This document shows, piece after piece, positions 55,077-63,337 of a stretch of DNA of 64,000 bases. Origin of the DNA: a virus; the IMG/VR virus record IMGVR_UViG_3300045988_111426; one strand, written 5' to 3'. The notes beneath the pieces were generated by a model. It searched no databases and was not told where the DNA came from. It saw only the letters and a list, made by a program, of their open reading frames with translations. Numbering within the stretch: position 1 is the first letter of the stretch; each line of letters opens with the position of its first letter. Both the position numbers and the translations under genes were made by a program.

Positions 55077-55760
55077 TTATTTCGTCATTCTACCATAGCA
55101 CCACTTATCAGCACCATTTATGAAGTCGATAGATTCTCGCATAGCTTCCGACATTGTCGTGCTGATGATCTTCTTTTCATAAGTCCCACTCATGGTGCGT
55201 GCAGTGAACGTTAGAATATCGATTTTGTCGTTGTTGTCTCGGTCTTTATCCCAATATTCCAACGTGACAGTCATCATCACATCATAATTGATATTAAAGA
55301 TGAAGTTGTCGAAAGATGTCCCCTTGACATCATCATCTCCGTATTTGTGCTCCCATGTCGTGTTAAGTGTTGCACAAACGACATCACTTACAAGATCATA
55401 CTCATCTACCGACCCATTATCAAGATCTTGATCTTCATCTTTGTTTTCTGGTTTCTTGTATATCATGAGATCAGATAGCGTCGATACGATCTTTTCGATG
55501 TAGTCATCTTCGCTTTCAAGTGTTTCCACGATCATCGAAGATTCATTCACCGAGAAAAGATCGTTGATGACCATCCCGAACATGTTTGGGAAGCAGTTTG
55601 CGTGGAAGATGATCGTATGACCGTCTTCGCAAGTGATCGTGTATGTTACGTGGTATAATGATTCGTTCTGTACCGCTTTCGATTTGTCGAATCGTGCGTT
55701 GGAAGATGAACAAACAAACTCTACGTTCTTGTCCAGCTTGTCTTGTACTGTTGTTGTCAT
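55077..55760 (-). CDS. hypothetical protein
   Basis: Track ORF of 227 aa, preceded by the duplicated leader. Confidence 0.55.
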   Translation of the reverse strand: MTTTVQDKLDKNVEFVCSSSNARFDKSKAVQNESLYHVTYTITCEDGHTIIFHANCFPNMFGMVINDLFSVNESSMIVETLESEDDYIEKIVSTLSDLMIYKKPENKDEDQDLDNGSVDEYDLVSDVVCATLNTTWEHKYGDDDVKGTSFDNFIFNINYDVMMTVTLEYWDKDRDNNDKIDILTFTARTMSGTYEKKIISTTMSEAMRESIDFINGADKWCYGRMTK

Positions 55761-55906
55761 GATCGGAATTGTTGTTTAGTTGAGTTGAAGTTGATTGACT
55801 GATCCGAGTGATCTTTCATAACAGTTATAACAAAGATCGTGCCAAATCATAACTGTCATGACAAAATTGTCATACTCTATCATTCTTGTCATGACAAAAT
55901 TGTCAT
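55761..55906 (-). repeat. duplicated leader/regulatory region, copy 2, with two 16-bp palindromes
   Basis: Near-identical to 8174-8300. ATGACAAAATTGTCAT occurs at 55858-55873 and 55891-55906, 33 bp apart. Confidence 0.8.
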
Positions 55907-56349
55907 AATAACAGAGTTTTTTGAAGGAATGAAGCGATAAAGTTTATGGCTTCATCTCTTGATACGTTTCCAATTGATGATTCATTATCATATTCATACG
56001 CCATACTGATGTTGATGATTTCACCTTCCCCATTTTCGTGACTTTCGTAGTTTATGACAATATCCACGAACGATCCATCGTATTGGTTCTCAAGCATAAA
56101 CTCGTAGCACGTGGTATTTGTGGCTTTATACGTGTGACAATCCTCATGATGTACAAAGTAGCCAGTCCCATGAGAAGCTATCACGACCATATTGTGAGGT
56201 ATGATGTCGTACTTTGTGACTTCTTGTATTTGGTGGAAATGAGAAGGATTATAACGAAGATCTTCATGCGAAACATAAGACCTCTTCGTGTTCACAATCT
56301 TTCTATTATTCACGAATTCCTTCATCGCTTTCAAAAGTCCCATGATCAC
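55903..56349 (-). CDS. hypothetical protein
   Basis: Track ORF of 148 aa. Confidence 0.5.
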   Translation of the reverse strand: MIMGLLKAMKEFVNNRKIVNTKRSYVSHEDLRYNPSHFHQIQEVTKYDIIPHNMVVIASHGTGYFVHHEDCHTYKATNTTCYEFMLENQYDGSFVDIVINYESHENGEGEIINISMAYEYDNESSIGNVSRDEAINFIASFLQKTLLL

Positions 56350-56750
56350 TTCCTGATTTTCTGTTCAACACTATCCACAAACGCTTGTATCTTCGAGATT
56401 ATGGATGACTTCTTTTTCACTGATACAGTGTTATCAACGATCTCGTGATTATCATCGATGTACGTTAGAGATGCGTAGTAACTACTATCTTCGAATTCTG
56501 CATAAACTCTGACAAATCCGTATTCGTCGTTTTCCATTTCACAGTTCATATCGAAAGATCCGCCACGAACGTTTGTCTCTCGAGAGTAGATTTCAAAGTT
56601 TGTCATCGATTGAAGTTTGTCGATACAATCATTGACAAATGACACGACCTCATTGATGTCGTTCTGATTTTCTTTTGCCATCTTTTGCCATTCATCGAGG
56701 AAATTGTTGACGAAAGAGAGCGTGCCGTTACTTGGTCTTGCTTTTGCCAT
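56346..56750 (-). CDS. hypothetical protein
   Basis: Track ORF of 134 aa with a 4-nt overlap. Confidence 0.5.
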   Translation of the reverse strand: MAKARPSNGTLSFVNNFLDEWQKMAKENQNDINEVVSFVNDCIDKLQSMTNFEIYSRETNVRGGSFDMNCEMENDEYGFVRVYAEFEDSSYYASLTYIDDNHEIVDNTVSVKKKSSIISKIQAFVDSVEQKIRK

Positions 56751-57018
56751 CTTCGTCTTTTATTACAGTCTCCATAATACAACCTATCGTATGAAGATAG
56801 GCAGTCCATGCGATATCTTTAGCAGTTTCAAGGGAGACTGGTTTGTTATATTCTAAACAGTCATTGTCCGAGTATATTCTGTGAACCAAGTAACATTCAC
56901 CCACCTTTTCAAGTTTCAGATTGTACTTCAAGACTGTTTCTGCAGTGATAACTCTTCCGTTATCATAGCTTCGCCAACAGAGTGGTTTTACTATCTTTTC
57001 GAGTTCTTGTTTGTCCAT
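56728..57018 (-). CDS. hypothetical protein
   Basis: Track ORF of 96 aa. Confidence 0.5.
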   Translation of the reverse strand: MDKQELEKIVKPLCWRSYDNGRVITAETVLKYNLKLEKVGECYLVHRIYSDNDCLEYNKPVSLETAKDIAWTAYLHTIGCIMETVIKDEDGKSKTK

Positions 57019-57070
57019 AAGTGTTTAATCGACTTGTTGTTATTAGTTTCCACATAAGTTCTATAATACA

Positions 57071-57106
57071 GATGATGAGCAACGTTTTTCAACATTGCTC
57101 ATCATC
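57071..57106 (-). terminator. hairpin
   Basis: GATGATGAGCAA / TTGCTCATCATC. Confidence 0.5.
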
Positions 57107-57140
57107 CGATCTTCCAACTACCGCTATTTCTTCGGTCTTC

Positions 57141-57482
57141 CTACTTTTTGTTCAGAAGCTCATCGATCGTTTTGTCGTACAATGACAAAAATTCTTCAGA
57201 CGATGTGAATCTGAATGACTTCGTAGACCACTTCTCACCATTGTTATGAGTTATGGTGCAGATGCTGGACTTATCGTCGAAAGTGATATTCGTGACGACA
57301 CTTCCCAGTTTATGGCAGGTCTCTTGATGTATCTTCATAATCCCAGAAGATATTGATGAACTTTCATACTTGCACGATAAACCATACTTCTTGTAGACTT
57401 TAAGAAGTGATTGCCTTACCTTGATAGATTCTGCTGTTTTCATTTCAGAGATTTGTAATAGTTGTTTAGCGTGAATACACAT
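57141..57482 (-). CDS. hypothetical protein (positioned like a clamp-loader small subunit)
   Basis: Track ORF of 113 aa, directly downstream of and overlapping the gp44-like gene. There is no motif support. Confidence 0.3.
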   Translation of the reverse strand: MCIHAKQLLQISEMKTAESIKVRQSLLKVYKKYGLSCKYESSSISSGIMKIHQETCHKLGSVVTNITFDDKSSICTITHNNGEKWSTKSFRFTSSEEFLSLYDKTIDELLNKK

Positions 57483-58450
57483 GACTTGAGAACAATCATA
57501 GGATCGACCGACATTTGTAGTTTGTAGAGGTGATCACAGACCACAATACAAATCGTAGGAATTGCAGATGTCATAGAAGAACCGAGCTTTGCGGTCATGT
57601 ACTCGATGAAGTCAGTATCCAACGATTCGATGATTTCTGAAGCCATGGATGAATAATCACCTCCGAGGAGCTTATGAATGTCGACAGGATTTGCCGATTT
57701 ATCAAGGATCAAGTCGTAGATTTCGGAGAATCTGTCACCATAAGACGAAATCGAGTTCTTATCGACTACCTTCGAACCGTTGTAGACGCTCTGCAGGAAG
57801 TTCAAGGTTGACCTAAAGTCGGGGTAATACTTCTTCATCAGCATTTCGAACCCTTCTTCCGAGCACTCGATTCCACAACCTTCGAGAATCTTCCCAATTC
57901 TCGATTTGTACCCTTTCAAGATCTGTTCTTCTTCTTCCTTCGTCTGAGGTGTGAAGTCGACAGAGACCATTCTTGATTTGATCGGATCGGGTATCTTGTG
58001 GAAGTGGTTCGTTGTTGCAAGGAAGATGACTGATGAGTACTCTTCCATGAAGCCCTTAAGTCCTTCGAAGAATTGTGCAGATGCGCCATTTATCTCGTCG
58101 AAAAGGACTACCTTTCTATCGGAATTGACACCATCATCAAAAAGAAGTGGGGAAGAATCACAGAATTCTGTGACGATATCACGAAGGTCTTCAATTCTTC
58201 CGTTTGTCGATGCGTTGATGTATAAGAAAACGTACTTCTTGCCGAGATATTTTGCAAGACTTGATTTCCCACATCCTTGAAGACCATAGAAGATCATCGA
58301 TTGTCGAAGTGGATCGTCTTCGTCTTTGAACATGTCCTTTATCCTTTGAGGAAGGACAAAGGCAGAAAGCTTCTTCGGAGAGAATTTTGATACGAATAAC
58401 TGATCTATCATAAACTCTTGGAGGTTTTTATTTCTCTGTGTTAACACCAA
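57440..58450 (-). CDS. AAA+ clamp loader large subunit (gp44/RFC-like)
   Basis: Walker A GLQGCGKSS, Walker B VVLFDEINGA, and sensor-1-region IKSRMVSVDF. Confidence 0.75.
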   Translation of the reverse strand: MVLTQRNKNLQEFMIDQLFVSKFSPKKLSAFVLPQRIKDMFKDEDDPLRQSMIFYGLQGCGKSSLAKYLGKKYVFLYINASTNGRIEDLRDIVTEFCDSSPLLFDDGVNSDRKVVLFDEINGASAQFFEGLKGFMEEYSSVIFLATTNHFHKIPDPIKSRMVSVDFTPQTKEEEEQILKGYKSRIGKILEGCGIECSEEGFEMLMKKYYPDFRSTLNFLQSVYNGSKVVDKNSISSYGDRFSEIYDLILDKSANPVDIHKLLGGDYSSMASEIIESLDTDFIEYMTAKLGSSMTSAIPTICIVVCDHLYKLQMSVDPMIVLKSCVFTLNNYYKSLK

Positions 58451-59186
58451 ACTTCGTCAGCACTTCCTTTCCCTTATACTTTTCGATGAGGTAAGTGTAC
58501 TTATAGAAGTGGGTTACAAACTGTTCATATGCCTTCTCTGGAGACCAATAGTCGAACTCGAACATGATCGGCTTTTGATATGGGTAAATGCCACCACGAG
58601 ACCAATCACGATTATCGAGATCTCTGAGTTTGTCTGAGAGATACTGATCGATACCGATCTGCTGACCAAGAAGGAACTCAAGTTCATCATTGCAGATTTG
58701 AGTGTCGATGAACTTGATCAACTTTGAATCGATGTATTCTTCAACACCAAAGTGTGAGAAAATCACCTTCTCGATATCCTTCTCGATCTGCTTGATGTGA
58801 TCGGGAAGTTCTCTCTTCAGAGTGTAAGGGATATCCGAAACGTAGCATTCTGTAGCGTCGTGGAGCAGAATGGCGAGAGCAAGTCGAACGTCACCATACG
58901 CAAGATAAGCGGATTCTGCCATGCGTACACAGTGTTGGGCTACCGAGTAGAACCCATTTGTCGATCCGTTGTATCGACATTGATTCGACAGAGATCTGGC
59001 CACCGCATGAATGTTGATGTTTTCTGCCTTGAAATCGAAGAGGTTGAAAGTGTCTGCCATATTTGTGACAGTCACCCCCTTGCCCATCATTTCGGGGTTT
59101 GTATTTCTGATAGATGCGATGTCCTTAAGGCATCCCGACTTCTTCAGCTTCTTGAATTTTTCTTGTATCTTCTTTCTTTTTCCCAT
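58428..59186 (-). CDS. HD-domain phosphohydrolase
   Basis: SVAQHCVRM ... LLHDATECYVSDIP gives the H...HD...D arrangement. Confidence 0.65.
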   Translation of the reverse strand: MGKRKKIQEKFKKLKKSGCLKDIASIRNTNPEMMGKGVTVTNMADTFNLFDFKAENINIHAVARSLSNQCRYNGSTNGFYSVAQHCVRMAESAYLAYGDVRLALAILLHDATECYVSDIPYTLKRELPDHIKQIEKDIEKVIFSHFGVEEYIDSKLIKFIDTQICNDELEFLLGQQIGIDQYLSDKLRDLDNRDWSRGGIYPYQKPIMFEFDYWSPEKAYEQFVTHFYKYTYLIEKYKGKEVLTKFGVNTEK

Positions 59187-59278
59187 GCTTTGTATCGATG
59201 TTTTATATTTTCGAAGGCACAGAGCGCAACGGAAATACCTCTCTATGCCTTCAAAAATACTTTCTTATGATTGGCGGT

Positions 59279-59701
59279 TTATGCTGTCAGTTCTACTGTG
59301 AGAATGTTAGTGCTCGTGACTTGAACCACACCAAAGGGAATAATCACCTCATTACTCATTCTCTCTGAGATGTCGTTAGAGATATCAGAAATGTTGTTAT
59401 CACCACAGATTAGGATCTGGAACTTCTCAGAATCAGTCTTTACGACTGCCTTGTACCACTGTGGGCGATGGAGGATGTTCTGATTGTCCATGCCGAATAT
59501 GTATTCGAAATGCACCTTTGAGATCGACTTCATCTCGAACTCGGTATGACCTGTTGGAACTGCTTCCCCAAAGGCGTGCATAGCGTCCTTTTCTGCTTCT
59601 GCGAAATTCTTAGAATTCACGATGATCTGCTTCGTGAACTTCTTCAGCTTACCTTCATCATCTGATGCACGATAAGCCACTACTACCTTAAAGTACTCCA
59701 T
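59279..59701 (-). CDS. hypothetical protein (DUF4494-like from memory only)
   Basis: YFKVVVAYRASDDEGKLKKFTKQIIVNSKNFAEAEKDAMHAF resembles my recollection of a Bacteroidota/phage DUF. This is unverified. Confidence 0.3.
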   Translation of the reverse strand: MEYFKVVVAYRASDDEGKLKKFTKQIIVNSKNFAEAEKDAMHAFGEAVPTGHTEFEMKSISKVHFEYIFGMDNQNILHRPQWYKAVVKTDSEKFQILICGDNNISDISNDISERMSNEVIIPFGVVQVTSTNILTVELTA

Positions 59702-61025
59702 TGTTTTCTCTCATTTTTTTATAGAATTCATAAATCTTATCATCAACCTTCACGTCACGTATCGACATGTTTGATATAAGCTGTATTCCTTGCATCGATC
59801 TGCATCTCGAAAGTGCAACGTAGAGCTGACCTGTGTCGAATGCACCTTTACCAATGTCGATCTTCACCTCGTCAAGTGTGATCCCTTGTGATTTATGTGC
59901 AGTCATTGCGTACGATACGACGATTGGGAAGCAAGTCATGGAAGATGTTTCTTTGGCTTCGATTTCCCCAGTTTTCGAGTTGTATTCGAACTTGGAATCC
60001 GTGAACTCGACCTTTTCCATTATCTGCTTATCACCACCGTCTAGTTCGATTATGATCTTTTCATCGCTGACCTTCTTGACGAACTTTGCGATCGTTCCAT
60101 TCACCCATCTTTCATCCTTGTCATTGTTTCGGCACATGATACGGCATCCAGGTCTTACACGTGTGATTTCCTTGACTGGGCAAGACTTTGGATTGAAGAA
60201 GCCATTTATCGAAGAATAAAGGAACACATCTTCTGCTTTGATCTCGTTGAGCTTATAATCGTTGATCATATCGACGACATCATTTCTGAACGAGATCACC
60301 ATAGCATCATCAGACACCTTGTTTGATGTGAAGATGTCATTGAGCTTTATGATATCACTTTGTGTTATCGTTCCAGTTCTGATCTTGTTGAGATAACCAA
60401 TAAACTCGGGATCATTCTGTCTGAAGATTTCCGTGAACTCGACGAACTTGATATTTACCTCCTTGAAGATTGTAGCATCGAAGAAGTATTTCCCACCAAA
60501 TCTGTCCTTAGTATACTGTCTTTCAGCGTCAGATCCAATAACTGGTGGGAGCTGTGCCATATCACCAACAAGGACTATCTGCTTTCCACCGAATGGTTCA
60601 TCAGAATCAAAGTTGATCCGATAAAAATCATCGATTGCCTGCATCATCATTGACGATACCATCGAACACTCATCAATGATGATTGTATCAACGTTGAGAT
60701 ACAACTGTCTGTTCTCCTTGTATTTCTTGGAAGATAGCCTTGGAATGTTCGAGGTGAAAAGTGGCTTATTGCCAAACTTGAAGAACTTATGGATGGTGGA
60801 AGCTCGGATTGGGAGAAGGTTTACAGCTCCCATACCAGTCGGAGACAGAACGACTGTCTTCTTTGAGGTGTTACTTAGCCACCATTTTAGGAATGTGGTC
60901 TTTCCAGATCCTGCATCCCCAGTCAGAAACACGAATTCCTTCGTATGTTCAAGAAGGTCATAGGCTTTCTTGAACTCTTCGGTGAGCAGGAGACCATTCG
61001 GCATCTGAGGATAGTTGTTTTCCAT
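59688..61025 (-). CDS. SF1B helicase, Dda/Pif1/RecD-like
   Basis: GDAGSGKTT, IIIDECSMV, VGDMAQLPPV, TAHKSQGITLDEV and YVALSRCRS. Confidence 0.8.
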   Translation of the reverse strand: MENNYPQMPNGLLLTEEFKKAYDLLEHTKEFVFLTGDAGSGKTTFLKWWLSNTSKKTVVLSPTGMGAVNLLPIRASTIHKFFKFGNKPLFTSNIPRLSSKKYKENRQLYLNVDTIIIDECSMVSSMMMQAIDDFYRINFDSDEPFGGKQIVLVGDMAQLPPVIGSDAERQYTKDRFGGKYFFDATIFKEVNIKFVEFTEIFRQNDPEFIGYLNKIRTGTITQSDIIKLNDIFTSNKVSDDAMVISFRNDVVDMINDYKLNEIKAEDVFLYSSINGFFNPKSCPVKEITRVRPGCRIMCRNNDKDERWVNGTIAKFVKKVSDEKIIIELDGGDKQIMEKVEFTDSKFEYNSKTGEIEAKETSSMTCFPIVVSYAMTAHKSQGITLDEVKIDIGKGAFDTGQLYVALSRCRSMQGIQLISNMSIRDVKVDDKIYEFYKKMRENNGVL

Positions 61026-61042
61026 CTTTTATCTTTTGTCTG

Positions 61043-61351
61043 TTAATAGTTCTCGTCAAGAGAGATCTCATCGAGCTTTACTTCACACGTGATAGATTCG
61101 TGCGGACTGTCATAGTTTCTCATGATGTAGTCATAAACTCGACATTCATCATCATCCGAGGAGAAGTTGCTTATTTCATCAACACCCATCTCTTCCAGTT
61201 TTTTGAATGATTCGTATACGTGATCGGGAACTTCACATTCTTCTACTTCATAGACGGAAACCACTCTAAAGCCTATGCGACCTATCTTTTTCATATTCTT
61301 ACTTTGATTGATTGATATTTCTTCATCATTCATTAATCTTATAATCAGCAT
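61043..61351 (-). CDS. hypothetical protein
   Basis: Track ORF trimmed to the ATG at 61351, because the GTG start in the track lies inside a hairpin. Confidence 0.45.
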   Translation of the reverse strand: MLIIRLMNDEEISINQSKNMKKIGRIGFRVVSVYEVEECEVPDHVYESFKKLEEMGVDEISNFSSDDDECRVYDYIMRNYDSPHESITCEVKLDEISLDENY

Positions 61352-61369
61352 GGTTTCATCTATACACCA

Positions 61370-61408
61370 AGAGCCGTGCTGAAGGAACTTTCTCCTTAGC
61401 ACGGCTCT
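61370..61408 (-). terminator. hairpin
   Basis: AGAGCCGTGCT / AGCACGGCTCT. Confidence 0.5.
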
Positions 61409-61449
61409 TTCTCGTCTGGGGGCGATTTGTCTGTTATTTCTCTAATTTG

Positions 61450-62253
61450 TTATTTCTCTAACTTGATGATGTCTGGGATTTTACCGTAGATTGGTGTCTT
61501 ACCATCCCACTTTTCTATGAATTCCTTCATCAGCAGTTTTTCATCAATTCCACTTGAACGGATCTTGTTCTGTTCTGCACGAAGCTGTTCGAGTTGGTTT
61601 CTTTTCTTTTGTTCTTCAATCTGTTGATCAAGGACAGAAAGATTGGTGTTGACCTCATTTCGAGAATCGATCTTTTCCCTTACTTTTTCGGAAAACTCAA
61701 GTTGGGCAGAGAAAGTGAGTAGTTCGAATCCTCGCTTTTTGAATTCCTCACGTATGACATCTTCAAGCGACTTTTCAAAGGAAAGTGAACCACCGTCCGC
61801 CATGAGTTCATCGGTCTTATGCTTTCGAGATTCTTCCTTGATGAGGTCATAGATTCTTGGTTCTATGATGTTGTCCTCGATTGATGAGATGAAGTTAGTG
61901 GAATCATTCAGAGGACTTGATTCGATATGCTTGTTATCAAACACGACATCGATCGCACGATCCTTGATAACCTTGTAAGAATACGTTGGTCGAGCAGTGA
62001 ATTCGGTGTTGTCAGAACTTTTAAGAGTTACCTTTTCCGAGAATTCCCCACGTTGTTCAAACAGAGGGACTTGGAAAAGTTCAGTACCTGGTGCCATCGT
62101 GTTGACACGACCAGTTACTATGTTGAAGTCGGATTTACCATTCTTGCCGTAATTCTCCATGAGAACACCAGCATAGTTTGGCGCAACTCTTTGACACGAG
62201 AAGGCAAGTGTTGCAAGCGCACCGATAGACAGAAGTTTAGCGATCTTCTTCAT
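61450..62253 (-). CDS. SPFH/band-7 (prohibitin-like) lipoprotein, putative
   Basis: Lipobox signal MKKIAKLLSIGALATLAFSC, a beta-rich core and a C-terminal coiled coil (QQIEEQKKRNQLEQLRAEQ), as in SPFH proteins. This is a pattern-level call. Confidence 0.45.
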   Translation of the reverse strand: MKKIAKLLSIGALATLAFSCQRVAPNYAGVLMENYGKNGKSDFNIVTGRVNTMAPGTELFQVPLFEQRGEFSEKVTLKSSDNTEFTARPTYSYKVIKDRAIDVVFDNKHIESSPLNDSTNFISSIEDNIIEPRIYDLIKEESRKHKTDELMADGGSLSFEKSLEDVIREEFKKRGFELLTFSAQLEFSEKVREKIDSRNEVNTNLSVLDQQIEEQKKRNQLEQLRAEQNKIRSSGIDEKLLMKEFIEKWDGKTPIYGKIPDIIKLEK

Positions 62254-62461
62254 CTTCTTTTTCGATATGAGTTTTATAGATTCCTGTCAGAGATTTGTAG
62301 AGGACATAAACCGATCCTCCGTAAGACATCCACCCTAACCAAGGATTGACGTATTCAAAGACATACCTTGATAGAATAATCAATAACACTGAGATCAGTA
62401 GCATGTGGATCGGCTTAAGGTTGATATTCTTAATGCTTTCGAAAATCTTCATAGTCTTCAT
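62237..62461 (-). CDS. small two-TM membrane protein
   Basis: Track ORF of 74 aa, overlapping the SPFH gene start by 17 nt. Confidence 0.5.
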   Translation of the reverse strand: MKTMKIFESIKNINLKPIHMLLISVLLIILSRYVFEYVNPWLGWMSYGGSVYVLYKSLTGIYKTHIEKEDEEDR

Positions 62462-62476
62462 TTTTCTTTGGACTTT

Positions 62477-63223
62477 TTATAGCGTGTAGATTCCGTTATC
62501 TTCTGCGTTACACGAGAGTCTTACTTGATTCCCACCTCTCAAGGCTTTGGGTGATGTGTAGTCAAGCGATTTCTTTATCGAGTTGTTACACAAAGATGTT
62601 AAGAATTGGAATGCAGGAGAAAATGGAACAAATGAGTAGACATTTTCACCGATAATGTTATAATAGCCGTCTTCAAGGATTAGTGGTTGTTCATTTGGAA
62701 GTTCATGGACGATCAACTTTGAGAACACGGAGAGATCTTCTTGATTGTGAAGGTCTCTAATCATCATCTTGTGATTAGAAGTATTGTTTGTCACTCTTAT
62801 TATGTCCGAAAGTGGTTTTTCTTGGCAGAGTATCATAAGAGATCTGATCGATTTGTTTGCAGTATCTCTGATCTCGAAAGTCATAGTTTCCTTATCGAGC
62901 TTTTCCCCAGCAGTAAAGATGAACGTTCCCGAGTTTTCTATTATGAGTTCAAGTTTTTCACCAACTTGGAAGTTTCTATTGAACTTGAGGAACACGTTGT
63001 TTTGTACGGCAAAAGATTTCCAATTGTGAAGAAAATCGACCATGCACGTAGAAACTGCATCATTCTTATCGTCATCATCTGGGAAATAGAAACGTCTGCA
63101 AACATTCTTCGCATGAATGGAGAACATTTCTATCATCTTTGCCGACAATTTGTCTTGTTTCACACATTTAACCAGTTCATCATTGTACTCTGAAGGGTTT
63201 ATGTACTGTGATTTTTTAGCCAT
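62477..63223 (-). CDS. candidate late-transcription sigma factor (T4 gp55-like)
   Basis: The N-terminal ~75 aa (YINPSEYNDELVK...MFSIHAKNVCRRFYFPDDDDKNDAVSTCMVDFLHNWKSF) parallel T4 gp55 (YNYVNNKELLQ...IMLIAEGLSKRFNFSGY...IEASIKGLHNF). The C-terminus is longer than in gp55. Confidence 0.35.
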   Translation of the reverse strand: MAKKSQYINPSEYNDELVKCVKQDKLSAKMIEMFSIHAKNVCRRFYFPDDDDKNDAVSTCMVDFLHNWKSFAVQNNVFLKFNRNFQVGEKLELIIENSGTFIFTAGEKLDKETMTFEIRDTANKSIRSLMILCQEKPLSDIIRVTNNTSNHKMMIRDLHNQEDLSVFSKLIVHELPNEQPLILEDGYYNIIGENVYSFVPFSPAFQFLTSLCNNSIKKSLDYTSPKALRGGNQVRLSCNAEDNGIYTL

Positions 63224-63274
63224 TGGTGTATACGCCTTTTTTATATGATTCTTATCAATTGAACCATATAAAAA

Positions 63275-63313
63275 GTTTCAGCCCGACCATTCTTATTATG
63301 GTCGGGCTGAAAC
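63275..63313 (-). terminator. hairpin
   Basis: GTTTCAGCCCGACCAT / ATGGTCGGGCTGAAAC, a 16-bp stem. Confidence 0.65.
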
Positions 63314-63337
63314 AGTTTCTTATGTTAGTTTTGTCTT

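Noticed and set aside
59205-59260. Possible eleventh copy of the hairpin element (CAGAGCGCAACGGAAATACCTCTCT).
   Set aside because: It matches only a ~25-nt degenerate right arm embedded in an unrelated GAAGGCA/TGCCTTC hairpin. It is too weak to count.
61409-61449. Direct repeat TTAGAGAAATAACA x2 after the SPFH gene, together with similar AAATAAC-hairpin-ATG arrangements at 19896-19990 and 54969-55076, as a distinct regulatory class.
   Set aside because: The first repeat overlaps the stop codon and the hairpins are adequately explained as terminators of the upstream genes. With only three cases, the resemblance to the late-type motif may be compositional.
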